DNA from: a virus
IMG/VR virus record: IMGVR_UViG_3300045963_000147
Location: 4,750 to 68,749 of that record
DNA length: 64,000 nucleotides
Reading direction: 5' to 3' (one strand)
Part shown: positions 18,572 through 27,264 of the stretch, piece by piece
Layout: every line of letters begins with the position of its first letter
Position numbering within the stretch: position 1 is the stretch's first letter
Translations under genes and position numbers: made by a program
The notes under the pieces: generated by a model
Told to the model about the DNA's origin: nothing
The model's input: the letters and a program-made list of their open reading frames with translations, nothing else
Database searches by the model: none

Positions 18572-18895
18572 TCAACCCTGAGCCGCAGCGGCCTTAGCCG
18601 CCATGCGCTGCACCGCAGCCTTGGCGCCCTGCACCGCGCAGTCAACGCGGCGATCCAACGCCTTGGCGACGATGTCCGCAGACACGAAGCGCTCGGTGGA
18701 CTCGCCGTCGTTGCCGCGCAGCTCCAACAGCGCCGCGTCGTACTCGCCGCGAGGCACGGTCGACGGCGCCTCAACGGACGTGCGGCGCAGCAGCCGTGTG
18801 ACGAGCAGCGCCAGCACGTCCAGCCGACGCTCTGCGTCGGCGAGGCTGGTGGTGAGTGAGGCGACGGTGGATTCGAGTTCAGCTTTCGTGGCCAT
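18572..18895 (-). CDS. Small early coiled-coil protein (follows element copy 4)
   Basis: GGAG RBS; MATKAELESTVASL... 107 aa. Confidence 0.7.
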   Translation of the reverse strand: MATKAELESTVASLTTSLADAERRLDVLALLVTRLLRRTSVEAPSTVPRGEYDAALLELRGNDGESTERFVSADIVAKALDRRVDCAVQGAKAAVQRMAAKAAAAQG

Positions 18896-18915
18896 GGGGC
18901 GCTCCAGATCAAGGA

Positions 18916-18968
18916 CAGCCAAAGCGGCTGCACAAAGACGAGAAGGAAGGCCCGCGCAAGCGGACCTT
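18916..18968 (-). promoter_or_regulatory. Double-hairpin early element, copy 4
   Basis: CAGCC-aaagc-GGCTG, CAC, 14 nt, AGGCCCGC-GCAA-GCGGACCT. Confidence 0.8.
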
Positions 18969-18972
18969 GTTC

Positions 18973-19146
18973 TCAGCGGCGCTGCCCGGCCAACGCTGCA
19001 ATGAAGCAGCCGATGCTCGCCATGAACGCGAGCAGGTACGGCACCGGCACTGTCCACGGGAAGGTGACGTAGAGCACCGGGTAGATGAACAGCGCCGTCA
19101 TGACGATGAACGACAGGGCTGCGATGAGGGCGTTGTGCTTGTGCAT
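18973..19146 (-). CDS. Small two-TM membrane protein (follows element copy 5)
   Basis: AAGGAG RBS; MHKHNALIAALSFIVMTALFIYPVLYVTFPWTVPVPYLLAFMASIGCFIAALAGQRR (read by hand). Confidence 0.7.
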   Translation of the reverse strand: MHKHNALIAALSFIVMTALFIYPVLYVTFPWTVPVPYLLAFMASIGCFIAALAGQRR

Positions 19147-19160
19147 GGTGTTCTCCTTGA

Positions 19161-19212
19161 TGAGCGAGATTGCTCACAGAGCCAGGAGCAAAGGGCGGCG
19201 CACGCCGTCCTT
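19161..19212 (-). promoter_or_regulatory. Double-hairpin early element, copy 5 (divergent)
   Basis: TGAGC-N6-GCTCA, CAC, 14 nt, AGGGCGGC-GCAC-GCCGTCCT. Confidence 0.65.
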
Positions 19213-19219
19213 GGTGTAG

Positions 19220-19380
19220 CTGCACTGCATGCATACGCGCTGCACGCTGTGCATGTGCATGTGTATGAGGACATGTGTATGCATGCACGCATCACTGCAT
19301 CCTTGTGCTGCTGCATGAGTGCATGCGTGTGCATGCACGCAAGGGCATGTCAACGCTGCGCCTGTAGCCATGTGCATGGC
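19220..19380. repeat. Alternating purine/pyrimidine (GCATG/TGCA) tract; candidate packaging or terminus region
   Basis: Dense GCATG/GTGCAT repeats between the divergent early and late arms, upstream of terS. Confidence 0.6.
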
Positions 19381-19543
19381 TGTTCGGGCGCGGGTCCATG
19401 AAAAGAGACTCCTTTTCGTGGCCGTGGAGCCCGAATCCGAAGTCGGTACCCCGACGAGGAGAGGGCTGGGTAGGAGGCTCCGTGCCCGTACGCGTCAAAA
19501 ATTTATAGAAAATTTCCTGAGCTGATTTACACTCCGCTCTAAG

Positions 19544-20125
19544 ATGTCTCGCACTTCGATCTTAGATCACAAGCCCCAGCACAAGCTGCCCAAACGGGGT
19601 TCCCAAATCGCCACGCCGGTCGAGAAGTCCGTCCGCAAATACCTCGACACCAGCGACCACGCCGCAGCGGAACTGATCGACCCGAACAAGCCGCTGACCT
19701 CTCAGCAGCTTGCCTTCGCGAAAGCCAAGGCCACCGGCGAATCCACCGCGTCCGCAGCCCTCCGCGCCGGGTACTCCCAGGAGGCCATCGGCTTCCGCCT
19801 GATCCGCATGCCCAACGTCTTGCGCGCCGTCGAAGCGGAACGCCGCCTCTACGAAGAGGCCTGCCAGATGTCCCGCAAGAAGGTCATGGACATGCTCATC
19901 GAGTCCTTCGACATGGCCAAGCTGATGGCCGAGCCTGCGTCCATGGTCAGCGCCGCCCGAGAAATCGGGAAGATGTGCGGCTACTACGAGCCGGTCAAGA
20001 TCAAGATGGACATGACCGTCAATGGCGAGGTGGCCGTGCGCCAGCTCAACGCCATGAGCGACTCCGACCTCCTGAAGCTCATCACCGGCGGCGTCCAGCC
20101 GGTCCTGCCCGGCCCAGCAGCATGA
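19544..20125 (+). CDS. terS: Terminase small subunit
   Basis: LTSQQLAF...ASAALRAGYS HTH, SAAREIGKMCGYY; first late gene. Confidence 0.85.
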   Translation: MSRTSILDHKPQHKLPKRGSQIATPVEKSVRKYLDTSDHAAAELIDPNKPLTSQQLAFAKAKATGESTASAALRAGYSQEAIGFRLIRMPNVLRAVEAERRLYEEACQMSRKKVMDMLIESFDMAKLMAEPASMVSAAREIGKMCGYYEPVKIKMDMTVNGEVAVRQLNAMSDSDLLKLITGGVQPVLPGPAA

Positions 20126-20457
20126 GCTGGATGGACATCAACAACCCAGAGTTGTGGGTCCAGGTGGTGCGCCGCCCCGCACCCATCGAGACGCGGATCG
20201 AGTGGGCTGATTACGACCAAGAATTCGGCCAGCGCAAAGTCCTGACCGGCACCCTCCGCTTGCACTGCGGTCATGTGATCGCCGTCCAGTCGACCGTCGA
20301 CCGCCGCGATTGGCGCGATGCCGGCCCGCTGCTGAAGGAGAGCCTGACCCGGCGGCTCCGCCACGCCGAGGAACACCACGACTGCGAAGCCTTCGAGCAG
20401 GCAGAGACAGTCAGGCGCGTCACCGAGAAGCTCACCCGGAGAACCCATGCGCACTGA
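20122..20457 (+). CDS. Hypothetical protein
   Basis: MSWMDINNP..., ATGA-coupled. Confidence 0.6.
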   Translation: MSWMDINNPELWVQVVRRPAPIETRIEWADYDQEFGQRKVLTGTLRLHCGHVIAVQSTVDRRDWRDAGPLLKESLTRRLRHAEEHHDCEAFEQAETVRRVTEKLTRRTHAH

Positions 20458-20983
20458 CCGAGCCCGCCGCCAGCGCCAGCTTGACGACATCACTGCCGCG
20501 CGGCTCAAGCGCGACAAGCGCGACCAGCGCGAGAGAGCGCGCATTCGAGAGCACGCCCACAACGCCCAGGTCGTCGCCGCCGTCACTGCCAAGCTGACTG
20601 CCGCCCGGCCCAAGACCATGTTCGAAGAGGGCGGGGCGTTCGGACAGCCCCTGTCCAACTCGTTCATCGCCAAGATGTACGCGAACATAGTCGCCAACAA
20701 GATGGCCGGCAAGTCGATCTTCGCGAACGCGAACGTGAGCAGCGGTGCAGCAATTCAGGCCATGATCCACCGCCCGCGCACCCTGGTCATCGACGACCTC
20801 ATCGCGGCCGACAAGCTCATCGACTACGGCACCGCGAAGAACCCCAGCTTCAGCCAGCGCCAGGGCCTGAAGCCGCTCGACGAGGCCGTCCACGACAACT
20901 GGGCGGACGCCTCGAAGTACCTCATCGGCTGGGACTTCGGCGTCAAGGGCTCCCCGGCCGTCGTCATCGCCAGTGGCAGCTAA
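20447..20983 (+). CDS. Hypothetical protein with TerL-like motif fragments
   Basis: 178 aa; LVIDDL and LIGWDFG segments match terL at DNA level. Confidence 0.65.
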   Translation: MRTDRARRQRQLDDITAARLKRDKRDQRERARIREHAHNAQVVAAVTAKLTAARPKTMFEEGGAFGQPLSNSFIAKMYANIVANKMAGKSIFANANVSSGAAIQAMIHRPRTLVIDDLIAADKLIDYGTAKNPSFSQRQGLKPLDEAVHDNWADASKYLIGWDFGVKGSPAVVIASGS

Positions 20984-22694
20984 GCCCAAGCCGAAACCCG
21001 CCCCCAAAGCCAAAGCTCCGCCTCTCGAAGCCCCTGACCGCTTCGATCCCGACCAGGAAGCGCAGCGCGCCTACGCCGCCCAGAGCCCCGAGGCCACACA
21101 AGCTCTGCCGCCGCTGACCCCGGCCCACCTCTCCGCCCAGAAGGAGATGGCCAGCCGGGTGCTGTCCCGCCGCCGGCTGCTGCCGTTCGTGCAGCGGATG
21201 AACGAGCGCTACGACGCCGGGTGGGTTCACGCCGACATCTGCCGGCGCCTGGAGAAGTTCAGCGACGACGTCGCCGCCGGCCTCAGCCCCCGCCTGATGA
21301 TCCTGATGCCGCCCCGGCACGGCAAGAGCGAGCTGGCGTCTCGGATGTTCCCGCCCTGGCACCTGGGCCGGCACCCTGACCACGAGTTCATCGCCTGCTC
21401 GTACAACTTGTCCCTGGCGATGGGCTTCAGCCGCAAGGTCAAGCAGATCATCGACGACCCGGTGTACGAGGGCGTGTTCCCGACGAAACTGGACCCGAAC
21501 AACCAGTCCACCGAGGAGTGGGGCATCGCCGGCCAGCGCGGAGGCTACGTCGCAGCCGGTATCGGCGGGCCAATCACCGGCAAGGGCGCGCACGTCCTGG
21601 TCATCGACGACCCGGTGAAGAACGCCGAGGAGGCCGACAGCGCGGACGGCCGCGAGAAGGTGTGGGAGTGGTACCTGTCCACCGCCTACACCCGGCTGGC
21701 CCCTGGCGGCGGCGTGCTGGTCATCCAGACGTGGTGGCACGACGACGACCTCGCCGGCCGGCTCCAGCAGATGATGAAGAGCGGCGAGGAGGACGAGGAC
21801 ATCGACCAGTTCGAGGTCGTCAAGTACCCCGCCATCGCCATCACCGACGAGTTCCTGGCCCCCGACGGCTCGATCGTCGCCGTCCCCGAGGCTGCGAACT
21901 CGGCCCACTACTCCCTCCTGCGCCTGAAGGGCGAGGCGCTGCACCCCGCGCGCTACGACCTGAAGAAGCTGAACAAGATTCGCGCCCTGAACCGCAAGGA
22001 CGACGGGGCGGACGGCCGGTGGTGGAGCGCCCTGTACCAGCAGAACCCGGTCCCTGACGACGGCGGCTATTTCCAGAAGGCCCAGTTCAAGCGCGCGCCG
22101 GTGCCGCACGTGTCGAAAGCCAACGTGTTCATCGCCTGGGACTTCGCCATCAGCGAGAAGAAGCAGAACGACTACACCGTGGGCGTCGTCGGGCTTCAGG
22201 ACGACGACGACATGCTGCACATCGCCGAGGTCGTGAGATTCAAGTCCGGCGATTCGTTCTTCATCGTAGAATCTATTCTGAATCTATGTTCGAGATGGCC
22301 CAGCGCCTCGTTGCAGCTCGGCTTCGAGGACGGTCAGATTTACCGCGCAATCGAATCTCTACTTTCGAAACGGATGAGAGAACGCAGGATGTACCCGGCC
22401 ATCGAGGTGCTCAAGCCCATCACCGACAAGCTCGCTCGTGCCCGCCCGCTCCAGGGCCGGATGCAGCAGGGCATGGTGAGCTTCAGCGCCAACGCCGAGT
22501 GGTACGACGACACGCGCAACGAGATGCTGCGCTTCCCGGCCGGCGTACACGACGACCAAGTGGACGCCCTGGCCTGGATGACCAAGATGGCCGTCGGCCG
22601 CGCTGCGCCGAGGAAGCCGAAGGCCCAACAGCTCAAGTCCTGGCGCGACAAGCTCAAGGGCCTGGGCGGCGCCAACACCCACATGGCCGCATAG
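20973..22694 (+). CDS. terL: Terminase large subunit
   Basis: MPPRHGKS Walker A, ITGKGAHVLVIDDP Walker B, QTWWHDDDLAG, ALYQQNP, AWDFA, HDDQVDA. Confidence 0.97.
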   Translation: MAAKPKPKPAPKAKAPPLEAPDRFDPDQEAQRAYAAQSPEATQALPPLTPAHLSAQKEMASRVLSRRRLLPFVQRMNERYDAGWVHADICRRLEKFSDDVAAGLSPRLMILMPPRHGKSELASRMFPPWHLGRHPDHEFIACSYNLSLAMGFSRKVKQIIDDPVYEGVFPTKLDPNNQSTEEWGIAGQRGGYVAAGIGGPITGKGAHVLVIDDPVKNAEEADSADGREKVWEWYLSTAYTRLAPGGGVLVIQTWWHDDDLAGRLQQMMKSGEEDEDIDQFEVVKYPAIAITDEFLAPDGSIVAVPEAANSAHYSLLRLKGEALHPARYDLKKLNKIRALNRKDDGADGRWWSALYQQNPVPDDGGYFQKAQFKRAPVPHVSKANVFIAWDFAISEKKQNDYTVGVVGLQDDDDMLHIAEVVRFKSGDSFFIVESILNLCSRWPSASLQLGFEDGQIYRAIESLLSKRMRERRMYPAIEVLKPITDKLARARPLQGRMQQGMVSFSANAEWYDDTRNEMLRFPAGVHDDQVDALAWMTKMAVGRAAPRKPKAQQLKSWRDKLKGLGGANTHMAA

Positions 22695-22788
22695 GAGACA
22701 CGATGCACCCACCCTTCGCACCCACACCCGTCGCCCTGGCCGTGAGGCTGATGCTGCGCGACATGATCTTCGCGGCGGAGAAGCTGCG

Positions 22789-23145
22789 GTGATGAGGTCT
22801 TGCCCAACCTGCCACGGCGCCATCGGCGAGCCCGGCGTGGCCTATGGCTACGCCGGCAAGTGGTGCGAATGCACCACGACGCTCCTGAACAGCCTGAAGC
22901 CCGGCCAGATGGTCGGCCCGTTCGACGCCAAGGGCCTGGAGGACTACTTCCGCGCGCAGAGGCAGAAATTCGCCGAGGAGGCCACGAAACCTGCTCCGTT
23001 CACGCTCGCGGACGTGCTGTCTCTCACGCCCGAGCAGTTTGTCTACTGGCTGCGCGGCTATTTCGCTTCGTGCGACCCCGCGAACTGCACCAGGGGTGAC
23101 ACCAAGACCATCGCGGCGCAACTCACCCGGGTGGTGACAAAGTGA
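22789..23145 (+). CDS. Hypothetical protein
   Basis: CPTC..WCEC, LTPEQFVYWLRGYF. Confidence 0.65.
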   Translation: MMRSCPTCHGAIGEPGVAYGYAGKWCECTTTLLNSLKPGQMVGPFDAKGLEDYFRAQRQKFAEEATKPAPFTLADVLSLTPEQFVYWLRGYFASCDPANCTRGDTKTIAAQLTRVVTK

Positions 23146-23555
23146 CCTACCCATGCGCCGAACTGGTAGCCCGATGTTTTGCCGCACGCACCAGCGCGCA
23201 CTTTGCACATCTCAGTACCAAGAGCTATGCGCAGCACATCGCACTCGGCGATTTCTACGACGCTATCGCTTCCGCTGCCGATGAGTACATCGAGTGCTAC
23301 ATGGGCATATTCGGCCAGCTCGACGTGGCCGATTTCCCGGTAATTCGCCCCAGCCAGGGCGGACCAATTCAACAACTGACCGATTTGCGCACCTGGGTCG
23401 CGGACAACCGCGAGGAGTGCAGCGAAGCCGGTGACGACAAGGACGGTGAACAAGCCGAGAGCAACGACGTTGACTGCACGGAGCTGTCGAATCTCATCGA
23501 CAACATCCTGGCCGTCATCGACCGAGCCCTCTACAAGCTGAAATTTTTGAAATGA
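23142..23555 (+). CDS. Ferritin/Dps-like four-helix protein (DUF5856-like)
   Basis: AHFAHLSTKSYAQHIALGDFYD...DEYIECYMG...NLIDNI...LYKLKFLK. Confidence 0.75.
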   Translation: MTYPCAELVARCFAARTSAHFAHLSTKSYAQHIALGDFYDAIASAADEYIECYMGIFGQLDVADFPVIRPSQGGPIQQLTDLRTWVADNREECSEAGDDKDGEQAESNDVDCTELSNLIDNILAVIDRALYKLKFLK

Positions 23556-23562
23556 GGGCGCC

Positions 23563-25719
23563 ATGCCCATAAATACCGCCCTCTGCTCGAAAACCTGGAA
23601 CCGCTACTGCTGGGCTCGTGACAACGGGCACCAGCGCTTCGTCGAGAAGGCCGATTTGTGCGAGCGGTTCTTCGCGGGCGACCAGTGGGAGCCGGCCGAC
23701 GTCGCCCGACTCAAATTAGCCCGCCGCCCGGCGCTGACGATCAACAAAATCATCAGCACGGTGAGTAATGTGCTCGGCGAGCAGATTTACAACCGCTCCG
23801 AGACGAGTTTCCGGCCGCGCGGCGGTGCGCCGAGTGAGGTGGCCGAGGCGCTGACGAAGGTCTACAAGCACATCAGCGACAACAACCAGCTCGATTGGAA
23901 GCGCAGCGATATGTTCGCTGACGGGATCATCACGAGCCGCGGTTTCCTCGACGTCCGGTTGAATTTCACCGACAACATGCAGGGCGAAGTCGTCATCGAC
24001 AACGTCAACCCGAAGAACGTCATCGTCGACCCTGACGGTGAGGAGTACGACCCCGACACCTGGAACGACGTTTTCGTCACGAAGTGGGTCACCGCCGACG
24101 ACATCTGCATTCTGTTCAACAAGGAAGACGGCGAACTGCTGCGCAACCGCGAGCAGAGCTATTTCCCCTACGGCTACGACTCAATCTCGGCCAAGCGTGA
24201 CCGCTTCGGCGACCGGCTAAACCCGCAATACGCCGGCGACTACGACCAGTCGTCCGTGCTGCGCAATATCCGCCTGATTGAGCGCCAGCATCGCGTGCTG
24301 GACCGCCAGAAGCACTTCGTCAGTCCCGAGACCGGCGACATGCGCGCCATTCCGGCCGAATTCGACCGCAACAAGATCGCCTTCTTCGTCGACAAGTTCG
24401 GCTTCCAGGTCACGTCGAAGCTGGTCCACCGCATCCGCTGGACCGCCATCGCCGACAACGTCGAGCTGCACGACGACTGGAGCCCGTACAAGCACTTCAC
24501 GATCGTCCCGTTCTTCCCGTACTTCCGGCGCGGCAACACGATCGGCATGGTCGAGAACCTGCTGGGCTCGCAGGAGCTGCTGAACAAGGTCAGCAGCCAG
24601 GAGCTGCACGTCGTCAACACCACCGCGAACAGCGGCTGGAAAGTGAAGACCGGCGCGCTGACGAACATGACGCCCGAGGAGCTGGAGCAGCGCGGCGCCG
24701 AGACAGGCCTCGTCGTCGAGGTGAACGGCGACCCAGACACGGACCTCGTCAAGATTCAGCCGAATCAGGTGCCGTCCGGCCTGGACCGCATCAGCTACAA
24801 GGCCGAAGAGCACATCAAGACAATCTCGGGCGTGTCCGACTACATGACCGGGCAGGCGCGCGAGGACGTCGCCGCCAAGGCCATCGACAAGAACAAGCAG
24901 AGCGGCGCCACTGGCCTCGCGAAGCCCCTGGACAGCTTGGTTCGCTCGGACTTCATCCTGGCGCGCAACATCGTCGACCTCGTGCAGGAGTACTACACCG
25001 AGGAGCGCCTCATCACGATCACGCACAACCGCGCGACGGGTGAGTCCGAGACGTTCAAGGTCAACGAGGCGACGCCCGAGGGCACGATCGCGTGCGACTT
25101 GACGCTGGGCGAGTACGACATCGTCACCACCTCCGTCCCGCACCGCGAGACGATGGAGGACAGCCAGTTCGATCAGGCCGTCGCCATGAAGGAGATGGGC
25201 GTGGCCATCCCGGACAGCGTCATCATCGACGCCAGCCGCCTGTTGAACAAGAAGGACATCATCAAGCAGATGGAGGGCGACAAGACGTCACCCGAGGCCC
25301 AGGCCGCTGCCCAGCTCCAGCAGCGCGGCCAAGCCGCCGAGGTCAGCAAGCTCGAAGGCGAAGCCGCCCAGAAGCACGCCGACGCCGGCCTGCGCCAAGC
25401 CAAGACGGAAGAGACCCAGGTCAAGACCCAGGTGCTGGCCCACACGCCCATCGAAGACCCGAACGCAGGCAAGGGCGGGAACCCTGAGCTGGAGATGGCC
25501 CAGGCCCAGCACGAGGCCGGCCTGGAGGAGCAGAAGTTCGCCCACGAGCAGCAGATGGACTTCATGAAGCTCGGCATGGAGCGCGAGAAGCAGGGCAGCG
25601 AGCTGCAACTGAAGGCTCAGGACATGGCCATCAAGCGCACTGAGGCGCGCGCCGCCAAGGACGCGCAGATGGCCGCTGCCGCACAGAAACCCCAACCCCA
25701 ACGACAAGGTCTGCGATGA
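23563..25719 (+). CDS. Portal protein (P22-like)
   Basis: FFAGDQW, RPALTINKI, GIITSRGF, QELLNK, GEYDIV; long C-terminal coiled coil; follows terL. Confidence 0.93.
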   Translation: MPINTALCSKTWNRYCWARDNGHQRFVEKADLCERFFAGDQWEPADVARLKLARRPALTINKIISTVSNVLGEQIYNRSETSFRPRGGAPSEVAEALTKVYKHISDNNQLDWKRSDMFADGIITSRGFLDVRLNFTDNMQGEVVIDNVNPKNVIVDPDGEEYDPDTWNDVFVTKWVTADDICILFNKEDGELLRNREQSYFPYGYDSISAKRDRFGDRLNPQYAGDYDQSSVLRNIRLIERQHRVLDRQKHFVSPETGDMRAIPAEFDRNKIAFFVDKFGFQVTSKLVHRIRWTAIADNVELHDDWSPYKHFTIVPFFPYFRRGNTIGMVENLLGSQELLNKVSSQELHVVNTTANSGWKVKTGALTNMTPEELEQRGAETGLVVEVNGDPDTDLVKIQPNQVPSGLDRISYKAEEHIKTISGVSDYMTGQAREDVAAKAIDKNKQSGATGLAKPLDSLVRSDFILARNIVDLVQEYYTEERLITITHNRATGESETFKVNEATPEGTIACDLTLGEYDIVTTSVPHRETMEDSQFDQAVAMKEMGVAIPDSVIIDASRLLNKKDIIKQMEGDKTSPEAQAAAQLQQRGQAAEVSKLEGEAAQKHADAGLRQAKTEETQVKTQVLAHTPIEDPNAGKGGNPELEMAQAQHEAGLEEQKFAHEQQMDFMKLGMEREKQGSELQLKAQDMAIKRTEARAAKDAQMAAAAQKPQPQRQGLR

Positions 25720-26702
25720 AACTGCACTGGATATTCAACCGCTACATGGCCCCCGCCGGCGACGGCGACAGCGGCGGTGCCGTTGACCGCGGCGACGACT
25801 TCACGCCCACCGACGACGCTGACGACGCCGACGAGCCGAAGGTCGAGGACAAGGTCGTCGAGAAGGACGAGCCGAAGGCCGAGGACAAGGACGACGAGGA
25901 CAAGGCTGAGGACGACGACAAGGACGAGGACAAGAAGGACGACAAGAAGAAGGCCCCGAAGCGCATCCCGCTCGACCGCCACGAGGCGATCCTGAACAAG
26001 GAGCGCGAGGCGCGCAAGGAGGCCGAGCGCCAGCTCGCCCAGTACCAGAACGGCAAGGCCGTCGCCGACATCTCCGCCGACCTGACTGCGGCGGAGACGA
26101 AGGTTCTCGCCATGGAGAAGGAGTACACGAAGCTCCTGGCCGACGGCGAGGTCGAGAAGGCCTCGGAGCTGATGCGCGACATCCGCCGGGCCGAGCGCCA
26201 GATGAACGAGCAGCGCAGCGACTTCAAGATCGCTGAGGCGGAAGCCCGCGCTACCGAGCGCGCCCGCTACAACATCAGCCTGGAGCGCGTCGAGCAGGCG
26301 TACCCGGCGCTGAACCCCGACCACGACGACTTCGACGCCGAGCTGCTCGGCGACGTGGCCGACCTGAAGGTCACCTACGAGCGCAAGGGCATGACGCCCA
26401 CCGACGCGCTCCAGAAGGCGGTCAAGAAGCTGGCCGGCACCGAGACGACGAAGCAGGAGGCTGCGACGACCGTGACGCCGAAGGTGGCCGCGAAGGACGT
26501 GGCCGCTGAGCGGAAGAAGGACGCCGTCGGCAAGGCCCTGGACGCCAACAAGAAGACCCCGGCCAACTCGTCGAAGGTCGGCATGGACAGCGACAAGGAC
26601 GGCGGCACCGTCAGCGCCAAGGACGTGATGAAGATGTCCTACAAAGACTTCAGCGCCCTGAACGAGGAACAGCTCGCGCGCATGCGCGGCGACTTGCTCT
26701 GA
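25716..26702 (+). CDS. Capsid scaffolding protein
   Basis: Acidic/Lys-rich helical protein, RIPLDRHE, ends ARMRGD; lies between portal and capsid. Confidence 0.8.
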   Translation: MKLHWIFNRYMAPAGDGDSGGAVDRGDDFTPTDDADDADEPKVEDKVVEKDEPKAEDKDDEDKAEDDDKDEDKKDDKKKAPKRIPLDRHEAILNKEREARKEAERQLAQYQNGKAVADISADLTAAETKVLAMEKEYTKLLADGEVEKASELMRDIRRAERQMNEQRSDFKIAEAEARATERARYNISLERVEQAYPALNPDHDDFDAELLGDVADLKVTYERKGMTPTDALQKAVKKLAGTETTKQEAATTVTPKVAAKDVAAERKKDAVGKALDANKKTPANSSKVGMDSDKDGGTVSAKDVMKMSYKDFSALNEEQLARMRGDLL

Positions 26703-26728
26703 ACCACCACCCCAACCAAGGAACCACG

Positions 26729-27103
26729 ATGCACCACATCCAATCACCGCGCACCGACGACGCAGCCATCGAGCAGCAGATCCAGTCGAAGGGCCTGACC
26801 GCGCCGCGCGTCACGCCGGCCGACATCGAGGCGAACATCCTGATCGCCTACTACTTCACGGGCGAAGAAGCATTGCAGTACGCCGGTCAGAACGGGTCGC
26901 CGTTCGTGCCGCACATCGCTCTCGGACTGCTGACCTTCTGCGTCCTGGTGCTGCGCAACGGCTTCACCGTCACCGGCGAGTCGGCCTGCGCCAGCCCCGA
27001 GAACTTCGACGCCGACGTGGGCCGCAAGATCGCCCGCGAGAACGCCAAGAACAAAATCTGGCCGCTGATGGGCTACGAGCTGCGCAGCAAGCTGGTCGCG
27101 TAA
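26729..27103 (+). CDS. Phage Gp49/66-family protein
   Basis: APRVTPADIE...LTFCVLVLRNGFTVTGESACASPENFDADVGRKIAR...IWPLMGY. Confidence 0.9.
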   Translation: MHHIQSPRTDDAAIEQQIQSKGLTAPRVTPADIEANILIAYYFTGEEALQYAGQNGSPFVPHIALGLLTFCVLVLRNGFTVTGESACASPENFDADVGRKIARENAKNKIWPLMGYELRSKLVA

Positions 27104-27264
27104 TTTCTTTCGCCGGCTCTTGATCTAAGCTCGAACTTAGACTAGAGTCGGCACCATTCGATCAGGCAGGTCTCGACAGCACCTCCACTCGTTCGTCGTG
27201 ACGACACACGGCAAAGGCGCCCCGCAACGGGCATTCGTCTTTGTTCATCGTGTGGAGGCCCGTC

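Noticed and set aside
16902-19212. CRISPR array interpretation of the repeated elements
   Set aside because: Intervals are about 190-1200 bp, irregular and protein-coding; no cas operon; the repeat does not resemble CRISPR repeats I know.
25790-25960. GACAAG/GACGAC low-complexity repeats
   Set aside because: They encode the Asp/Lys/Glu-rich scaffold N-terminus; ordinary.
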